NCBI GenBank assembly: GCA_963801355.1
Contig: CAWDEM010000004.1
Span: 64,001 to 128,000 of the forward strand
Reading direction: 5' to 3'
Origin: Ignavibacteriota bacterium
GTDB taxonomy: Bacteria; Bacteroidota; Ignavibacteria; UBA10030; UBA6906
DNA length: 64,000 nt
The stretch's first letter is position 1. Every line of letters begins with the position of its first letter. Below, piece after piece: positions 33,438 through 42,401 of the stretch. The notes below the pieces were generated by a model. The model was given only the letters and a program-made list of their open reading frames with translations, was not told the origin of the DNA and did not search any database. Both the position numbers and the translations under genes were made by a program.

Positions 33438-35916
33438 AGAACGGAAAAACGTCACCCCACAGGATCGGCTCGCCGTGTTCCTGAATGCCCAACCCTCGCT
33501 CCGGCTCGACCTTGTCTGTGTCCTCCTGCTCTACGTGCTGACACTCGCACTCTTCCGCGGCATAGTGTTTGACAACGCGGCGTTTTCCACCGAGACTGAC
33601 ACCGTAGCCGCGCTGAGTTATGCACACGCCGGCCAGCGTATCGCCGAGACGGAGCATGTGGATGTGCTCTGGATGCCTTACTTCTTCAGTGGAATGCCGA
33701 CATTCGGCAACGTGGCCTATATTCCCCGCGATGTCAGCTATGTGCAGACCGCTGTCGTCAATGTGATCAACCTGCTCTATCTGCACGGACGGTGGACCTG
33801 GATGGTGGTATTCTACTTCCTTGCAGCGACGTTCATGTTTGTGCTCATGCGCTCACTGAAGTTTTCCCGCGCCGCAGCACTCCTCGGGGCAATCCTCTTC
33901 ATGCTTGCACCCTATAACATCGGCCTGGCCGGCGAAGGTCACGGGTCGAAGCTGATGGCCCTCAGCTATGTGCCTCTTGTCTTCCTGCTGACGCATCAAT
34001 TGTTCGAGCGCCGCACGATGCTCATGTTCGGTCTGCTGGCTGCGGCACTGGGCACACTCATGCTGACCAATCACCTGCAGATCGTCTACTACGGCCTCGT
34101 GATCATCGGCCTGTACCTGCTCTATCACCTCATTATGGATGTCCGCTCCACCCTGAAACTCGCCCTGACGAAGACGCTACTGCTGGCAGGGGCATTGCTC
34201 CTCGGGTTCTGTGTCTCTGCGTACATCTATCTCTCGGTGTACGAATACTCATTCTTCTCCATCCGTGGCGGCGGCAGTGCCGGAGCAAGCGGCGGACTGT
34301 CGTGGGACTATGCCACCAACTGGTCATGGCATCCCCAGGAGATTCTCACGCTCTTTATCCCATCGTTCTTCGGCTTTCAGTCGCCATACTACTGGGGAAC
34401 CATGCCCTGGACCAACTCCACGGTCTACATCGGCCTTATGCCGATTCTCCTTTCCATTATTGCCATCACGTACCGCCGTACGCGGCTTTCTATTTTCTTT
34501 CTCGTGCTCGGCATCCTGTTGTTCCTCGCATCGTTCGGGAAACACTTCCCGCTGTTGTATCAGCTGCTGTTCGACTATCTCCCCTTCTTCAACAAATTCC
34601 GCGTTCCGTCGATGGTCCTGCATCTGCTCCCCTTCGTTGTCGCTTTTCTCGCAGGAACCGGGCTGGAGTATTTGCTGGAACGCGACAAGATCCCGACTGC
34701 GGATCGGCTGAGCCGCGTTCTGTTTATCACTGCGGGTGTACTGGTGGGCGTGCTCCTGCTCCTGACCGTCACCAAGACCACACTGTTCCAGACCCTTTCC
34801 GGATCCATGCTGGAAAAGGAGGGGGAACTCGCACTCTACCGGCAGCAATACGGTGCCCAGGCACCGCAAATCATGGAACAACTCAAACAGGGCCGCTTTG
34901 ATATGCTCTGGAAGGATCTGGTGAAGTTCGTCGTCATTGCGGGCATCGGACTCGGATTCGTCGGTTTCTATCTGAAGAAGAAAATCACGGTCACGCTCTT
35001 CGCCCTGGGTGTTCTTGCGCTCACCACCATCGATCTGATCATCGTCATCCAGAAGGGGAACTTCATCTCACCCAAACCCCAGACAGCACTGGAACAGAAA
35101 TTTGTACCGGACGCAACCACCAAGTTCCTGCAGGCTCAGCCGGGGCTCTTCCGCGTGCTGCCGCTGGGCGAGCTCTTCATGGACAATAGCTACGCCTACC
35201 ACGGCCTCCAGTCAGTGGGAGGATACAGTCCTGCGAAGCTCAAGATCTACCAAACACTGCTTGATTCCTGTCTGTACCGTGGACCCGATCCAGGGTTTCC
35301 ACTCAACATGAATATGGTCAACATGCTGAACACCGGCTTCATTATGGCGCAGGGCCGATTGCCGGAGGACCGGTTCACTCTCGTGAACACGGAGGACGCG
35401 AAGCAGACTCTTACCTATAAGAACCCCCGCGCTCTCCCCCGCGCGTTTTTTGTCAAAGAGGTCAAACTCGCCGGGAACCAGACGGAGGTGTTTGAGACCA
35501 TCAACTCGGCATCCTTTGATCCCGGCCGGACGGCGATACTGGAGGGGGTGGCCGGCATCCAGGTGAGCGCTCCTGACAGCGCGTCCGTGGAAATCACGGA
35601 ATACACATCGCGGCACATTACCATGAAGACCTATACGACGGTGCCGGCGCTGATGGTGCTCAGCGAAGTGTATTACCCCGCAGGCTGGAAGGCATTCGTT
35701 GACGGTTCCGGGACGGAAATCTACAAAACCAACTCGATTTTGAGGTCGGTTGTTGTGCCCGCCGGCGTCCACGAAGTGGTGTTCAGCTTCGACCCGCCCA
35801 TGTACACGGCCGGCTACCTGATCACCAGCATCGCCTGGGTAATTACGCTGCTCTGTATTGCCTGGGGTATGTGGCGGACGCCGGAGATCCGCAGCCGGCT
35901 GCAGAAACGCAAGTAA
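33430..35916 (+). CDS. YfhO-family multi-TM GT-C glycosyltransferase (second, divergent paralog)
   Basis: WMPYFFSGMP, GHGSK, PYYWG.MP, FNKFRVP, SVGGYSPAKL, ALPRA and SEVYYPAGWKA. Confidence 0.85.
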   Translation: MAKERKNVTPQDRLAVFLNAQPSLRLDLVCVLLLYVLTLALFRGIVFDNAAFSTETDTVAALSYAHAGQRIAETEHVDVLWMPYFFSGMPTFGNVAYIPRDVSYVQTAVVNVINLLYLHGRWTWMVVFYFLAATFMFVLMRSLKFSRAAALLGAILFMLAPYNIGLAGEGHGSKLMALSYVPLVFLLTHQLFERRTMLMFGLLAAALGTLMLTNHLQIVYYGLVIIGLYLLYHLIMDVRSTLKLALTKTLLLAGALLLGFCVSAYIYLSVYEYSFFSIRGGGSAGASGGLSWDYATNWSWHPQEILTLFIPSFFGFQSPYYWGTMPWTNSTVYIGLMPILLSIIAITYRRTRLSIFFLVLGILLFLASFGKHFPLLYQLLFDYLPFFNKFRVPSMVLHLLPFVVAFLAGTGLEYLLERDKIPTADRLSRVLFITAGVLVGVLLLLTVTKTTLFQTLSGSMLEKEGELALYRQQYGAQAPQIMEQLKQGRFDMLWKDLVKFVVIAGIGLGFVGFYLKKKITVTLFALGVLALTTIDLIIVIQKGNFISPKPQTALEQKFVPDATTKFLQAQPGLFRVLPLGELFMDNSYAYHGLQSVGGYSPAKLKIYQTLLDSCLYRGPDPGFPLNMNMVNMLNTGFIMAQGRLPEDRFTLVNTEDAKQTLTYKNPRALPRAFFVKEVKLAGNQTEVFETINSASFDPGRTAILEGVAGIQVSAPDSASVEITEYTSRHITMKTYTTVPALMVLSEVYYPAGWKAFVDGSGTEIYKTNSILRSVVVPAGVHEVVFSFDPPMYTAGYLITSIAWVITLLCIAWGMWRTPEIRSRLQKRK

Positions 35917-35938
35917 GTCGCAAACGCAAGTACGTCGT
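35905..35938 (+). repeat. 17-bp tandem duplication including the stop codon
   Basis: aaacgcaagtaagtcg c aaacgcaagtacgtcg. Confidence 0.7.
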
Positions 35939-35945
35939 TGTTCCG

Positions 35946-35976
35946 CATTGCTTATCAGCAATGGCTTGTCTATATT
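35946..35976 (+). promoter_or_regulatory. Putative promoter of the BMC shell genes with an inverted repeat over the -35 box
   Basis: TTGCTT (35948-53)-17 nt-TATATT (35971-76); CATTGCT-tatc-AGCAATG at 35946-35963. Confidence 0.6.
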
Positions 35977-36030
35977 TCTACGTTATCTGGACGGGACCAT
36001 AGGGCACTTTTTCCAAGGAGAGCTTGACTC

Positions 36031-36324
36031 ATGGCAGACATGTCGATGGATGCACTCGGGATGGTGGAGACCAAGGGGCTGGTTGGATCCATAGAAGCGG
36101 CTGACGCAATGGTGAAAGCCGCTCGCGTAACACTGATCGGCAAGGAGACCATCGGCGGCGGGTATGTGACCGTCATGGTGCGCGGTGATGTCGGTGCGGT
36201 GAAGGCGGCAACGGATGCCGGCGCAGCAGCGGCACAACGGGTGGGCGAGCTTGTCTCGGTGCACATTATCCCGCGCCCGCATGTTGATGTGGAATTGATA
36301 CTTCCGAAGCGGCCGGCGAAATAG
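36031..36324 (+). CDS. Bacterial microcompartment hexameric shell protein (BMC-H, EutM/PduA/CcmK-like)
   Basis: [39 protein letters not shown] and HIIPRPH; AAGGAG RBS. Confidence 0.96.
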   Translation: MADMSMDALGMVETKGLVGSIEAADAMVKAARVTLIGKETIGGGYVTVMVRGDVGAVKAATDAGAAAAQRVGELVSVHIIPRPHVDVELILPKRPAK

Positions 36325-36343
36325 CAGTAAATCTCCTCTCATC

Positions 36344-36898
36344 ATGCTCGAATACGCGCTTGGATTGATAGAAACCCGCGGTCTTGTCGGCTCCATTGAG
36401 GCAGCCGACGTGATGGTCAAAACCGCCAACGTCAAACTCATCGGCAAAGAAATTGTCCGCGATGGGCTTGTGACCGTCATGGTCACCGGTGAAGTTGCAG
36501 CCGTCAAAGCTGCTGTGGATGCCGGCGCCGCTGCTGCCGCACGTGTCGGCAACCTCGTTTCACAACATGTCATTCCGCGCCCGATAGATGAAATTGAAGA
36601 TCTCCTCCCCGGCACACCATCCCGGGAGGAGAAGGAAGAAGAGAAGGACAAAGAGATAGAGTCCGTAAAACCATCACGGGCAAGGCCTCCGGAGGTATCA
36701 ACGGCAGAGCCAGCCAAGGCCACTCCCGCCCCTTCAACTCCCGGGCAGAGCGGTGATCTGTCCGCACTTGACGGCATGACGGTCCGTGCACTCCGTACCC
36801 TCGCCCGGCAGACCGGAGGACTCAGCATTCAGGGAAGGGAAATATCCCGGGCGAACAAGGATGAGCTGATACGAGCGCTGTTGGGCAGAAAAGTATGA
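36344..36898 (+). CDS. BMC-H shell protein with charged/Pro-rich linker and C-terminal Rho-N/HeH-like helical domain
   Basis: ALGLIETRG...GEVAAVKAA...HVIPRP, then a linker, then LDGMTVRALRTLARQ...ISRANKDELIRALL. Confidence 0.9.
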   Translation: MLEYALGLIETRGLVGSIEAADVMVKTANVKLIGKEIVRDGLVTVMVTGEVAAVKAAVDAGAAAAARVGNLVSQHVIPRPIDEIEDLLPGTPSREEKEEEKDKEIESVKPSRARPPEVSTAEPAKATPAPSTPGQSGDLSALDGMTVRALRTLARQTGGLSIQGREISRANKDELIRALLGRKV

Positions 36899-36990
36899 GA
36901 AGGTTCAGGGCCTTGGGGATGGGGTCCCGACGTTAGATGCTGAGCCTGCCGCCCGAACTCCCTGACCCCGAACCCCGCGACCCCGCTGCT
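36899..36990. repeat. Degenerate short repeats forming an imperfect inverted structure
   Basis: G-rich arm (ggttcagggccttggggatgggg) and C-rich arm (ccctgaccccgaaccccgcgaccccg). Confidence 0.4.
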
Positions 36991-36992
36991 CT

Positions 36993-37916
36993 ATGAAACC
37001 CCGCCGCTTCCATATTGTGATCACCACCGCGGTTATCGGTACGTTCCTCTGGCTGGCCGTCAATCTTCGCGAGCAGTATCAGGTCACCATTGAGGCCCCC
37101 CTCACGATTGATGACATTCCTGAGGGGATGGCGATCAGCACGCCGGTTCCGGAGTTTCTTCAGCTGCGTTTTCGCGGCGACGGCTGGCGTCTGGCCGCAC
37201 TGCTCATCGGATCAACGCCGCATCTGCACATCCCGTTGGGTGCGCTCTCGCCGGAGAATCCGACGATTTCCATCAATGACGTTCCTGACCGCATTCCTCT
37301 CGCCAGCGGCATCCAGCTCATTGACATGAAACCCGATACGGTGTCAATCGTTCTCGATCGCAAAGGCGGGAAGAGAGTGCTGGTGACTCCCGACGTCACG
37401 TTATCATTTCGCGACGGCTATGGACAGGTGGGGCCGCTGATTGTTTCTCCGGAAAGTGTCACCGTCTACGGTGCCGTGGCAGTTCTCGAGAAAACCACGG
37501 CATGGCGAACCGCTGAAGTGCATTGGGATGATCTCAGGAATCCGCTCGAGCAGGATGTGAGCCTGGCAGGCAGCGCGGACTACCCGCTTGAGTTTTCTCC
37601 GGCTTCCGTCAGGATTCGGCTGAATGTTCAACCGTTTGCGGAAAAAGTGTTCGGCAGGTTGCGTGTGGATATTCACGCGCTTCCTCCAAACAGCGACGTG
37701 ATCTTTATCCCTCCGAAGGTGGAGATTGTCGCCCGCGGCGGCATCCGCCAGCTGGCAAATATCTCGCCGGATGATTTTCAGGTATCAGTGGACTATACCC
37801 AGATTCTCGAAGATACTACGGGATACATTGCTCCATCGGTTGTTTCGCCTTCGGGCGTACAGGTTGTGGCCAGGCGACCCGAGAAACTTCAGTACATTGT
37901 GAGAAAGCGGCTGTAG
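36993..37916 (+). CDS. YbbR/CdaR-like membrane-anchored protein
   Basis: N-terminal TM (FLWLAVNL), then beta-rich repeats with P.SVTVYG and PPKVEI.ARG patterns. Confidence 0.75.
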   Translation: MKPRRFHIVITTAVIGTFLWLAVNLREQYQVTIEAPLTIDDIPEGMAISTPVPEFLQLRFRGDGWRLAALLIGSTPHLHIPLGALSPENPTISINDVPDRIPLASGIQLIDMKPDTVSIVLDRKGGKRVLVTPDVTLSFRDGYGQVGPLIVSPESVTVYGAVAVLEKTTAWRTAEVHWDDLRNPLEQDVSLAGSADYPLEFSPASVRIRLNVQPFAEKVFGRLRVDIHALPPNSDVIFIPPKVEIVARGGIRQLANISPDDFQVSVDYTQILEDTTGYIAPSVVSPSGVQVVARRPEKLQYIVRKRL

Positions 37917-37943
37917 GCGTTCAGGATCGGGAAGGACAATCCC

Positions 37944-38657
37944 ATGAGGCTTTGCATCAACATCGATCACATTGCCACGCTGCGTGAAGCGCGCGGCGGC
38001 GTCGAACCGGATCCTGTGACCGCGGCCCAGATCTGTGAGCTCGCCGGTGCAGAAGGTATTGTGTGCCATTTGCGCGAAGACCGCCGCCATATCAACGATC
38101 GCGATCTCCGGTTACTGCGTGAAACAGTCAAGACGAAGCTTGATCTGGAAATGGCGGCGACCGATGAGATCGTGAAGATTGCGATCGAAACACTGCCCGA
38201 GCTCGTGACATTTGTTCCCGAGCGCCGCCAGGAATTGACCACCGAAGGCGGCCTCGACGTCCGCGGGCACAAGCACCATCTCAGGGATGTCATCGGTGAA
38301 ATGCACCGACACGATATCGAGGTCAGCCTCTTTATCGATCCTGTCGTTGAGCAGGTGGAGGCGGCACGGGAAGTGGAGGCGGACAAGATCGAAATCCATA
38401 CGGGTGAATTTTCCGGTGCGCGGACAGAGCGGGAACAGCGGAATCTGCTCGAGGTTGTGCGGGCATCAGCCATCCTTGCCCGCGAACTGGGTATGGGCGT
38501 CAATGCAGGACACGGGCTGAACTATCTGAATGTGCAGCTGATGTGCGGGATCACCGAGATTGAGGAGATGAGCATCGGTCATGCGGTCATCTCGCGGGCG
38601 GTCTTCGTGGGTCTCGACCGCGCGGTGCGCGAAATGCTCGCTTTGGTGCACGGCTAA
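37944..38657 (+). CDS. pdxJ: Pyridoxine 5'-phosphate synthase
   Basis: NIDHIATLREAR, HLREDRRHI, LEMA, VPERRQELTTEGGLD, IEIHTG, AGHGL and IGHA. Confidence 0.97.
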   Translation: MRLCINIDHIATLREARGGVEPDPVTAAQICELAGAEGIVCHLREDRRHINDRDLRLLRETVKTKLDLEMAATDEIVKIAIETLPELVTFVPERRQELTTEGGLDVRGHKHHLRDVIGEMHRHDIEVSLFIDPVVEQVEAAREVEADKIEIHTGEFSGARTEREQRNLLEVVRASAILARELGMGVNAGHGLNYLNVQLMCGITEIEEMSIGHAVISRAVFVGLDRAVREMLALVHG

Positions 38658-39805
38658 GAGGGTTTTCTTCCCGCCTGGAACACGGCGAGAGCTGAACACA
38701 CCAGAAGAATACCCACGCCGACAAAGAACCAGCTGAAATCCTTTCCGGCATCGTACCAGAGTCCGGCCAGTACGGGCGCCGGTGCTGCAACGATATTCGC
38801 TGAAAACAGCAGCCCGTACACCTGGCCGACCCGTTCCGCTCCCCACACGCGGGTGACAGTTGCTGCGTACAGCACCAGGACCCCTCCGTAGTTCAATCCC
38901 GCGGCAACGGCCAGCAAAAGAAAACCCGCCCTCGACTGCAACAGCAGGGGTGACGCAAAGAGCACAATCGCCTGGGCGAGCAGATTTGCCCTGACGGCGG
39001 CGGCGGAAGAAGTACGATCGAAGAGCGCACCCCACGCCATCCGTCCGGCGGCGTTGGCAACCGCAAACAACGAGACACCAAGAACGCCGGTCGCGAGCCC
39101 TCCAGCGGGAAACAGCTCCTTCAGATTCGCGTTCACGGAGAAACCCGCGGCGAGGGCTACGATCATGACGCCATAGAGGAGACGGAATTCCTTCTGGCGC
39201 AAGATATCTCTGTACGGAAGCAGCCCGGGCATCCGGGCAGTGCCTTCCCCGGGAAATTTCATGGAGAGCCCGGCTGTTGTCGCAATCAGGATGAACGCGA
39301 AGCCGAACATGCCGAACACTGCATAGGGAGTACATCCCTCTGCGGAAATCAATCTTCCGGCAATCTGGCTGATCAGTGCGGCTCCTCCGCCGAACCCCGC
39401 CACCGCTACACCGGTGACCAGACCCTTCTGATTGGGAAACCATTGCACAAGGACTGCCAGAGGAACGACGTAGGCCAGTCCGACACCGGCACCGGCCAGC
39501 AGGCCGACGCCAAGTACGGTCAGGACAAAATGCTGGGAACCCAGTGATGCCAGCAGCCAGCCGGCGCCGAAAAGAAATCCGCCGGCTGCGGCACTGCGAC
39601 CGGGTCCGAGCCGCGTCAATACAAAACCCGAAAAGATCACTGTCACAGGAAATGCAAAGTAGAACACCGTAAAAGGCAACTGCACCGCCGCCTGCGACAG
39701 CCCCGTGAGATCACGCAGGGGTCTGACAAACACCGGCCACGAATACATCGCACCCAGGCACAGCTGCATTGCAACGGCACCGAGAAGGATGACGTACCGT
39801 CTCAT
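38654..39805 (-). CDS. MFS transporter, oxalate/formate antiporter (OFA) family
   Basis: QLCLGAMYSW.VF, GVGLAYVVP, WFPNQKGLVTG.AVAGFGGG and NAAGR..WG. Confidence 0.85.
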   Translation of the reverse strand: MRRYVILLGAVAMQLCLGAMYSWPVFVRPLRDLTGLSQAAVQLPFTVFYFAFPVTVIFSGFVLTRLGPGRSAAAGGFLFGAGWLLASLGSQHFVLTVLGVGLLAGAGVGLAYVVPLAVLVQWFPNQKGLVTGVAVAGFGGGAALISQIAGRLISAEGCTPYAVFGMFGFAFILIATTAGLSMKFPGEGTARMPGLLPYRDILRQKEFRLLYGVMIVALAAGFSVNANLKELFPAGGLATGVLGVSLFAVANAAGRMAWGALFDRTSSAAAVRANLLAQAIVLFASPLLLQSRAGFLLLAVAAGLNYGGVLVLYAATVTRVWGAERVGQVYGLLFSANIVAAPAPVLAGLWYDAGKDFSWFFVGVGILLVCSALAVFQAGRKPS

Positions 39806-40581
39806 CGGACTTTCTCGCACACCCAGGCGGCCATCGTCTTCACCCACGCCCCCACGTGTAGTGCGACAATGCCCGTTACGTTCCAGACTTCCCATGCCCA
39901 CTCCCCGACGCCGTTCAACCCTTTGATCATCAGTGCGATGAGTGCGCCATGAAGGGCGATTGAAAACGTCGCAATAAAGACGGCGGAGTAGACATATCCC
40001 CGCTTCGCAATATCGGTCTGGGTGACCTCACCGGTCCCCGCGGAGACAAAGGACCGCTTTGTCCAGGACTCCCGGATTTCTTCGATGGTGCTCCAGACGT
40101 GATAGCCGAATGTCACACCGATCCAGCCGTCGAACCATGGAAACCAGGCGGACGGGACGAGCGGCCGTGCAACCACCGAAACCGTCGTGAACAGGGGAAG
40201 GATGTATGGTGCGAGCCCGATGCAGTCCGTGCCGAATTTGCCTCCGAAGCCCCCCTGATGTGACACGGTGCCGCCGTTCCGCCTGACCACGAAGCCGGTC
40301 ACACGGCGGAAGAACATCAACGCGACTATGGCATGAGTGAACTCGTGTTCGAACGTCTCAGCGAGGGGTATCCGCCGGAGTACAACATGGTCCAGCAGTA
40401 TGCCCAGGAATGTGCCGATGCCAAGGGGGAGGAGAATAGAAGGAATATGGATCAGGGAGACGACGTTCAGCGCAAACGCAGCGACGGCACCGGGCAGAAG
40501 AAGGAGCAGAATGGTGCCAATGAAAAACCTCACGGGTCTAGAAGAGCGTCTTGTCAATATCTCTGCCGAGAAACGGGCCAT
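39802..40581 (-). CDS. Membrane metallopeptidase, M50B-like
   Basis: TFEHEFTHA, GLAPY and QTD; several TMs. Start uncertain (40581 or upstream). Confidence 0.65.
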   Translation of the reverse strand: MARFSAEILTRRSSRPVRFFIGTILLLLLPGAVAAFALNVVSLIHIPSILLPLGIGTFLGILLDHVVLRRIPLAETFEHEFTHAIVALMFFRRVTGFVVRRNGGTVSHQGGFGGKFGTDCIGLAPYILPLFTTVSVVARPLVPSAWFPWFDGWIGVTFGYHVWSTIEEIRESWTKRSFVSAGTGEVTQTDIAKRGYVYSAVFIATFSIALHGALIALMIKGLNGVGEWAWEVWNVTGIVALHVGAWVKTMAAWVCEKVR

Positions 40582-41017
40582 TCTTGATCTCCAGGATTCT
40601 GGTGTCATCCTCGAGAATCGTGTAGTCATGCCCGCCGTTCATCACTATGAGAAGTTCTCCTTCACACACCGTGATGGTCTCCACCAGTGTCAGTTCCTCA
40701 TCGAAGATGCGGGCCGCCATCGAGCCCTTTATGACGATCACCACTTCGTGTGTCCGGTTGATTTCTCTCGGTACTCTGTTATGCACATGAGCCCGGAGCT
40801 GCTGGCCTTTGTCGTAGTGCCAGGTACCCACCTGCAGGAATTCTTCGTTCCCGGAGTAGAATGCCAGCCCCTTCTTGAAACCTCCGGGCCGGATGTGGCG
40901 GGCAAGCACGAGCCCGTCTTTTGCAATCTCCCTGACATCGTCGTGCTGGCCGTTGCCGCCGGCCGGTTGCGTATTCACCGGTGTCTGAAGGGGATAGTGA
41001 AGTGCTCGTTCCTGCAT
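40538..41017 (-). CDS. Cupin-like protein of sugar-nucleotide gene clusters
   Basis: LQVG, AHVHN...RTHE, GGHDY and EIKNGPF.G.DIDK. Start uncertain. Confidence 0.65.
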   Translation of the reverse strand: MQERALHYPLQTPVNTQPAGGNGQHDDVREIAKDGLVLARHIRPGGFKKGLAFYSGNEEFLQVGTWHYDKGQQLRAHVHNRVPREINRTHEVVIVIKGSMAARIFDEELTLVETITVCEGELLIVMNGGHDYTILEDDTRILEIKNGPFLGRDIDKTLF

Positions 41018-41044
41018 TGTGGACCTCGGTGTCTGTCTCTGTAA

Positions 41045-42205
41045 TCATCCCATCGCGCTGTGATACGCGACAACCTGGGCGGCAATCCGCTCACGGTCGG
41101 CGTCGGTAACCCACCAGCCGCTGGGAATAAACACCGCCTGCTCCGAGACTGTGTCCATCCCCGGGAGCCTTTTGCCGGCACTTTCCCGGAAGCATGTATA
41201 TGTGTCGTTCCGGCGCCAGAGCCTGCTTGTCTGGATGCCCTCGGCGGCAAGTGCGCTCATCAGGCCTTCAGCATGTTCGGTGCGGAAGCCATAAATCCAC
41301 CAGGCCGGTTCGCAGCCTTCCGGGACCGTGATCCGTGTGAGTCCCTTAACGCCGGCAAATGCCTGCTGATAATATCCCGCATTGTCGCGGGAGCGACGGA
41401 CGGCATGCAATGCCTTGTCGATGCACGAGAGTCCGACCGCCGCTGCAAGATCGTTCATGTGGCACTTATAGCCGGACTCTTCGATGTCGGACTTCATCTG
41501 GTGCTCGAGGCGGGTCATGCCCGGAGGAATATTCCGGCTTATGCCGAACCATTTCATTCTCTCTGCGCGAATGTGGTTCCGCTCGACATTTGTGGCGGCA
41601 GGATACCAGGATGGATCGGCCCCGATGAAGCGCTGCGAGTTCACCGCCAGCGCACCTCCGTCACCTGTGGTGAGATGCTTAATGGATTGGAACGAGAAGC
41701 ACGCATAGTCCCCCCAGTGACTGATATGCCGGTTCTGATACATCGTCATGAAACTGTGCGCGGCATCGAGGACCAAACCCGGGGCATCTTCCGGATACGC
41801 GGACAGACCGTCGGGCGTCACGCCTCCGACACAGGTCAGGACAACGGCTCGGGTTGCGGGGGTGATGCTGTCATAGACGCTCTTCATGTCGGCGCAAAAC
41901 GTGACGGGGTCGACGTCGCACCAGACGATGCGTGCACCGAGCGAGGCAATCGCGGCATTTGTCGCCACCATGGTGAACGGCGCGCTGACCACCTCATCCC
42001 CGGGGCCGACGCCGAGGAGCCTCAATGCCATCGTGAGACCGTTTGTGCAGCTGTTCAGCGGGACGATGCGCTGATGCTCGAAGAGCCGCTGCAGCTCGCC
42101 CCGGAACCGGTCGACCATTGCGCGCTCACTGAGGACACCCGAGGTGAGCACCTGTGCCACAAGGGGAAAATCTTCAAACGCATGCGCATTGAATACAGGG
42201 ATCAT
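41045..42205 (-). CDS. DegT/DnrJ/EryC1/StrS PLP-dependent sugar aminotransferase
   Basis: NSCT, GVGPGDEV, DAAHS, FSFQSIKHLTTGDGG and GYKCHMND. Confidence 0.9.
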   Translation of the reverse strand: MIPVFNAHAFEDFPLVAQVLTSGVLSERAMVDRFRGELQRLFEHQRIVPLNSCTNGLTMALRLLGVGPGDEVVSAPFTMVATNAAIASLGARIVWCDVDPVTFCADMKSVYDSITPATRAVVLTCVGGVTPDGLSAYPEDAPGLVLDAAHSFMTMYQNRHISHWGDYACFSFQSIKHLTTGDGGALAVNSQRFIGADPSWYPAATNVERNHIRAERMKWFGISRNIPPGMTRLEHQMKSDIEESGYKCHMNDLAAAVGLSCIDKALHAVRRSRDNAGYYQQAFAGVKGLTRITVPEGCEPAWWIYGFRTEHAEGLMSALAAEGIQTSRLWRRNDTYTCFRESAGKRLPGMDTVSEQAVFIPSGWWVTDADRERIAAQVVAYHSAMG

Positions 42206-42345
42206 TGCATTCTATCAAAGAGAACGTTGTTGGCTATATAGAAAGAAGCTGTGCATGTCCTTCGGGTGATGGAGATTAAACCTGTGCGTACGGTCAGTTG
42301 TCTAATAAAGATGTGCATGCAGGGGGAAGGGAACAACTCTACACG

Positions 42346-42374
42346 AATATAGATGAAAATGTGGTCATTCACAA
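42346..42374 (-). promoter_or_regulatory. Putative sigma70-type promoter of the aminotransferase block
   Basis: Minus strand TTGTGA-17 nt-TATATT. Confidence 0.45.
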
Positions 42375-42401
42375 GGCGGGCAAAAACAAGGAAAATAAGG
42401 G

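Noticed and set aside
42206-42345. Riboswitch (c-di-GMP-I-like) in the aminotransferase leader
   Set aside because: Only superficial matches (cgcacagg, ggacatgcacagc). The GGCAAA/GNRA/GCAAAG core and stems could not be built; an Infernal/Rfam scan would settle it.
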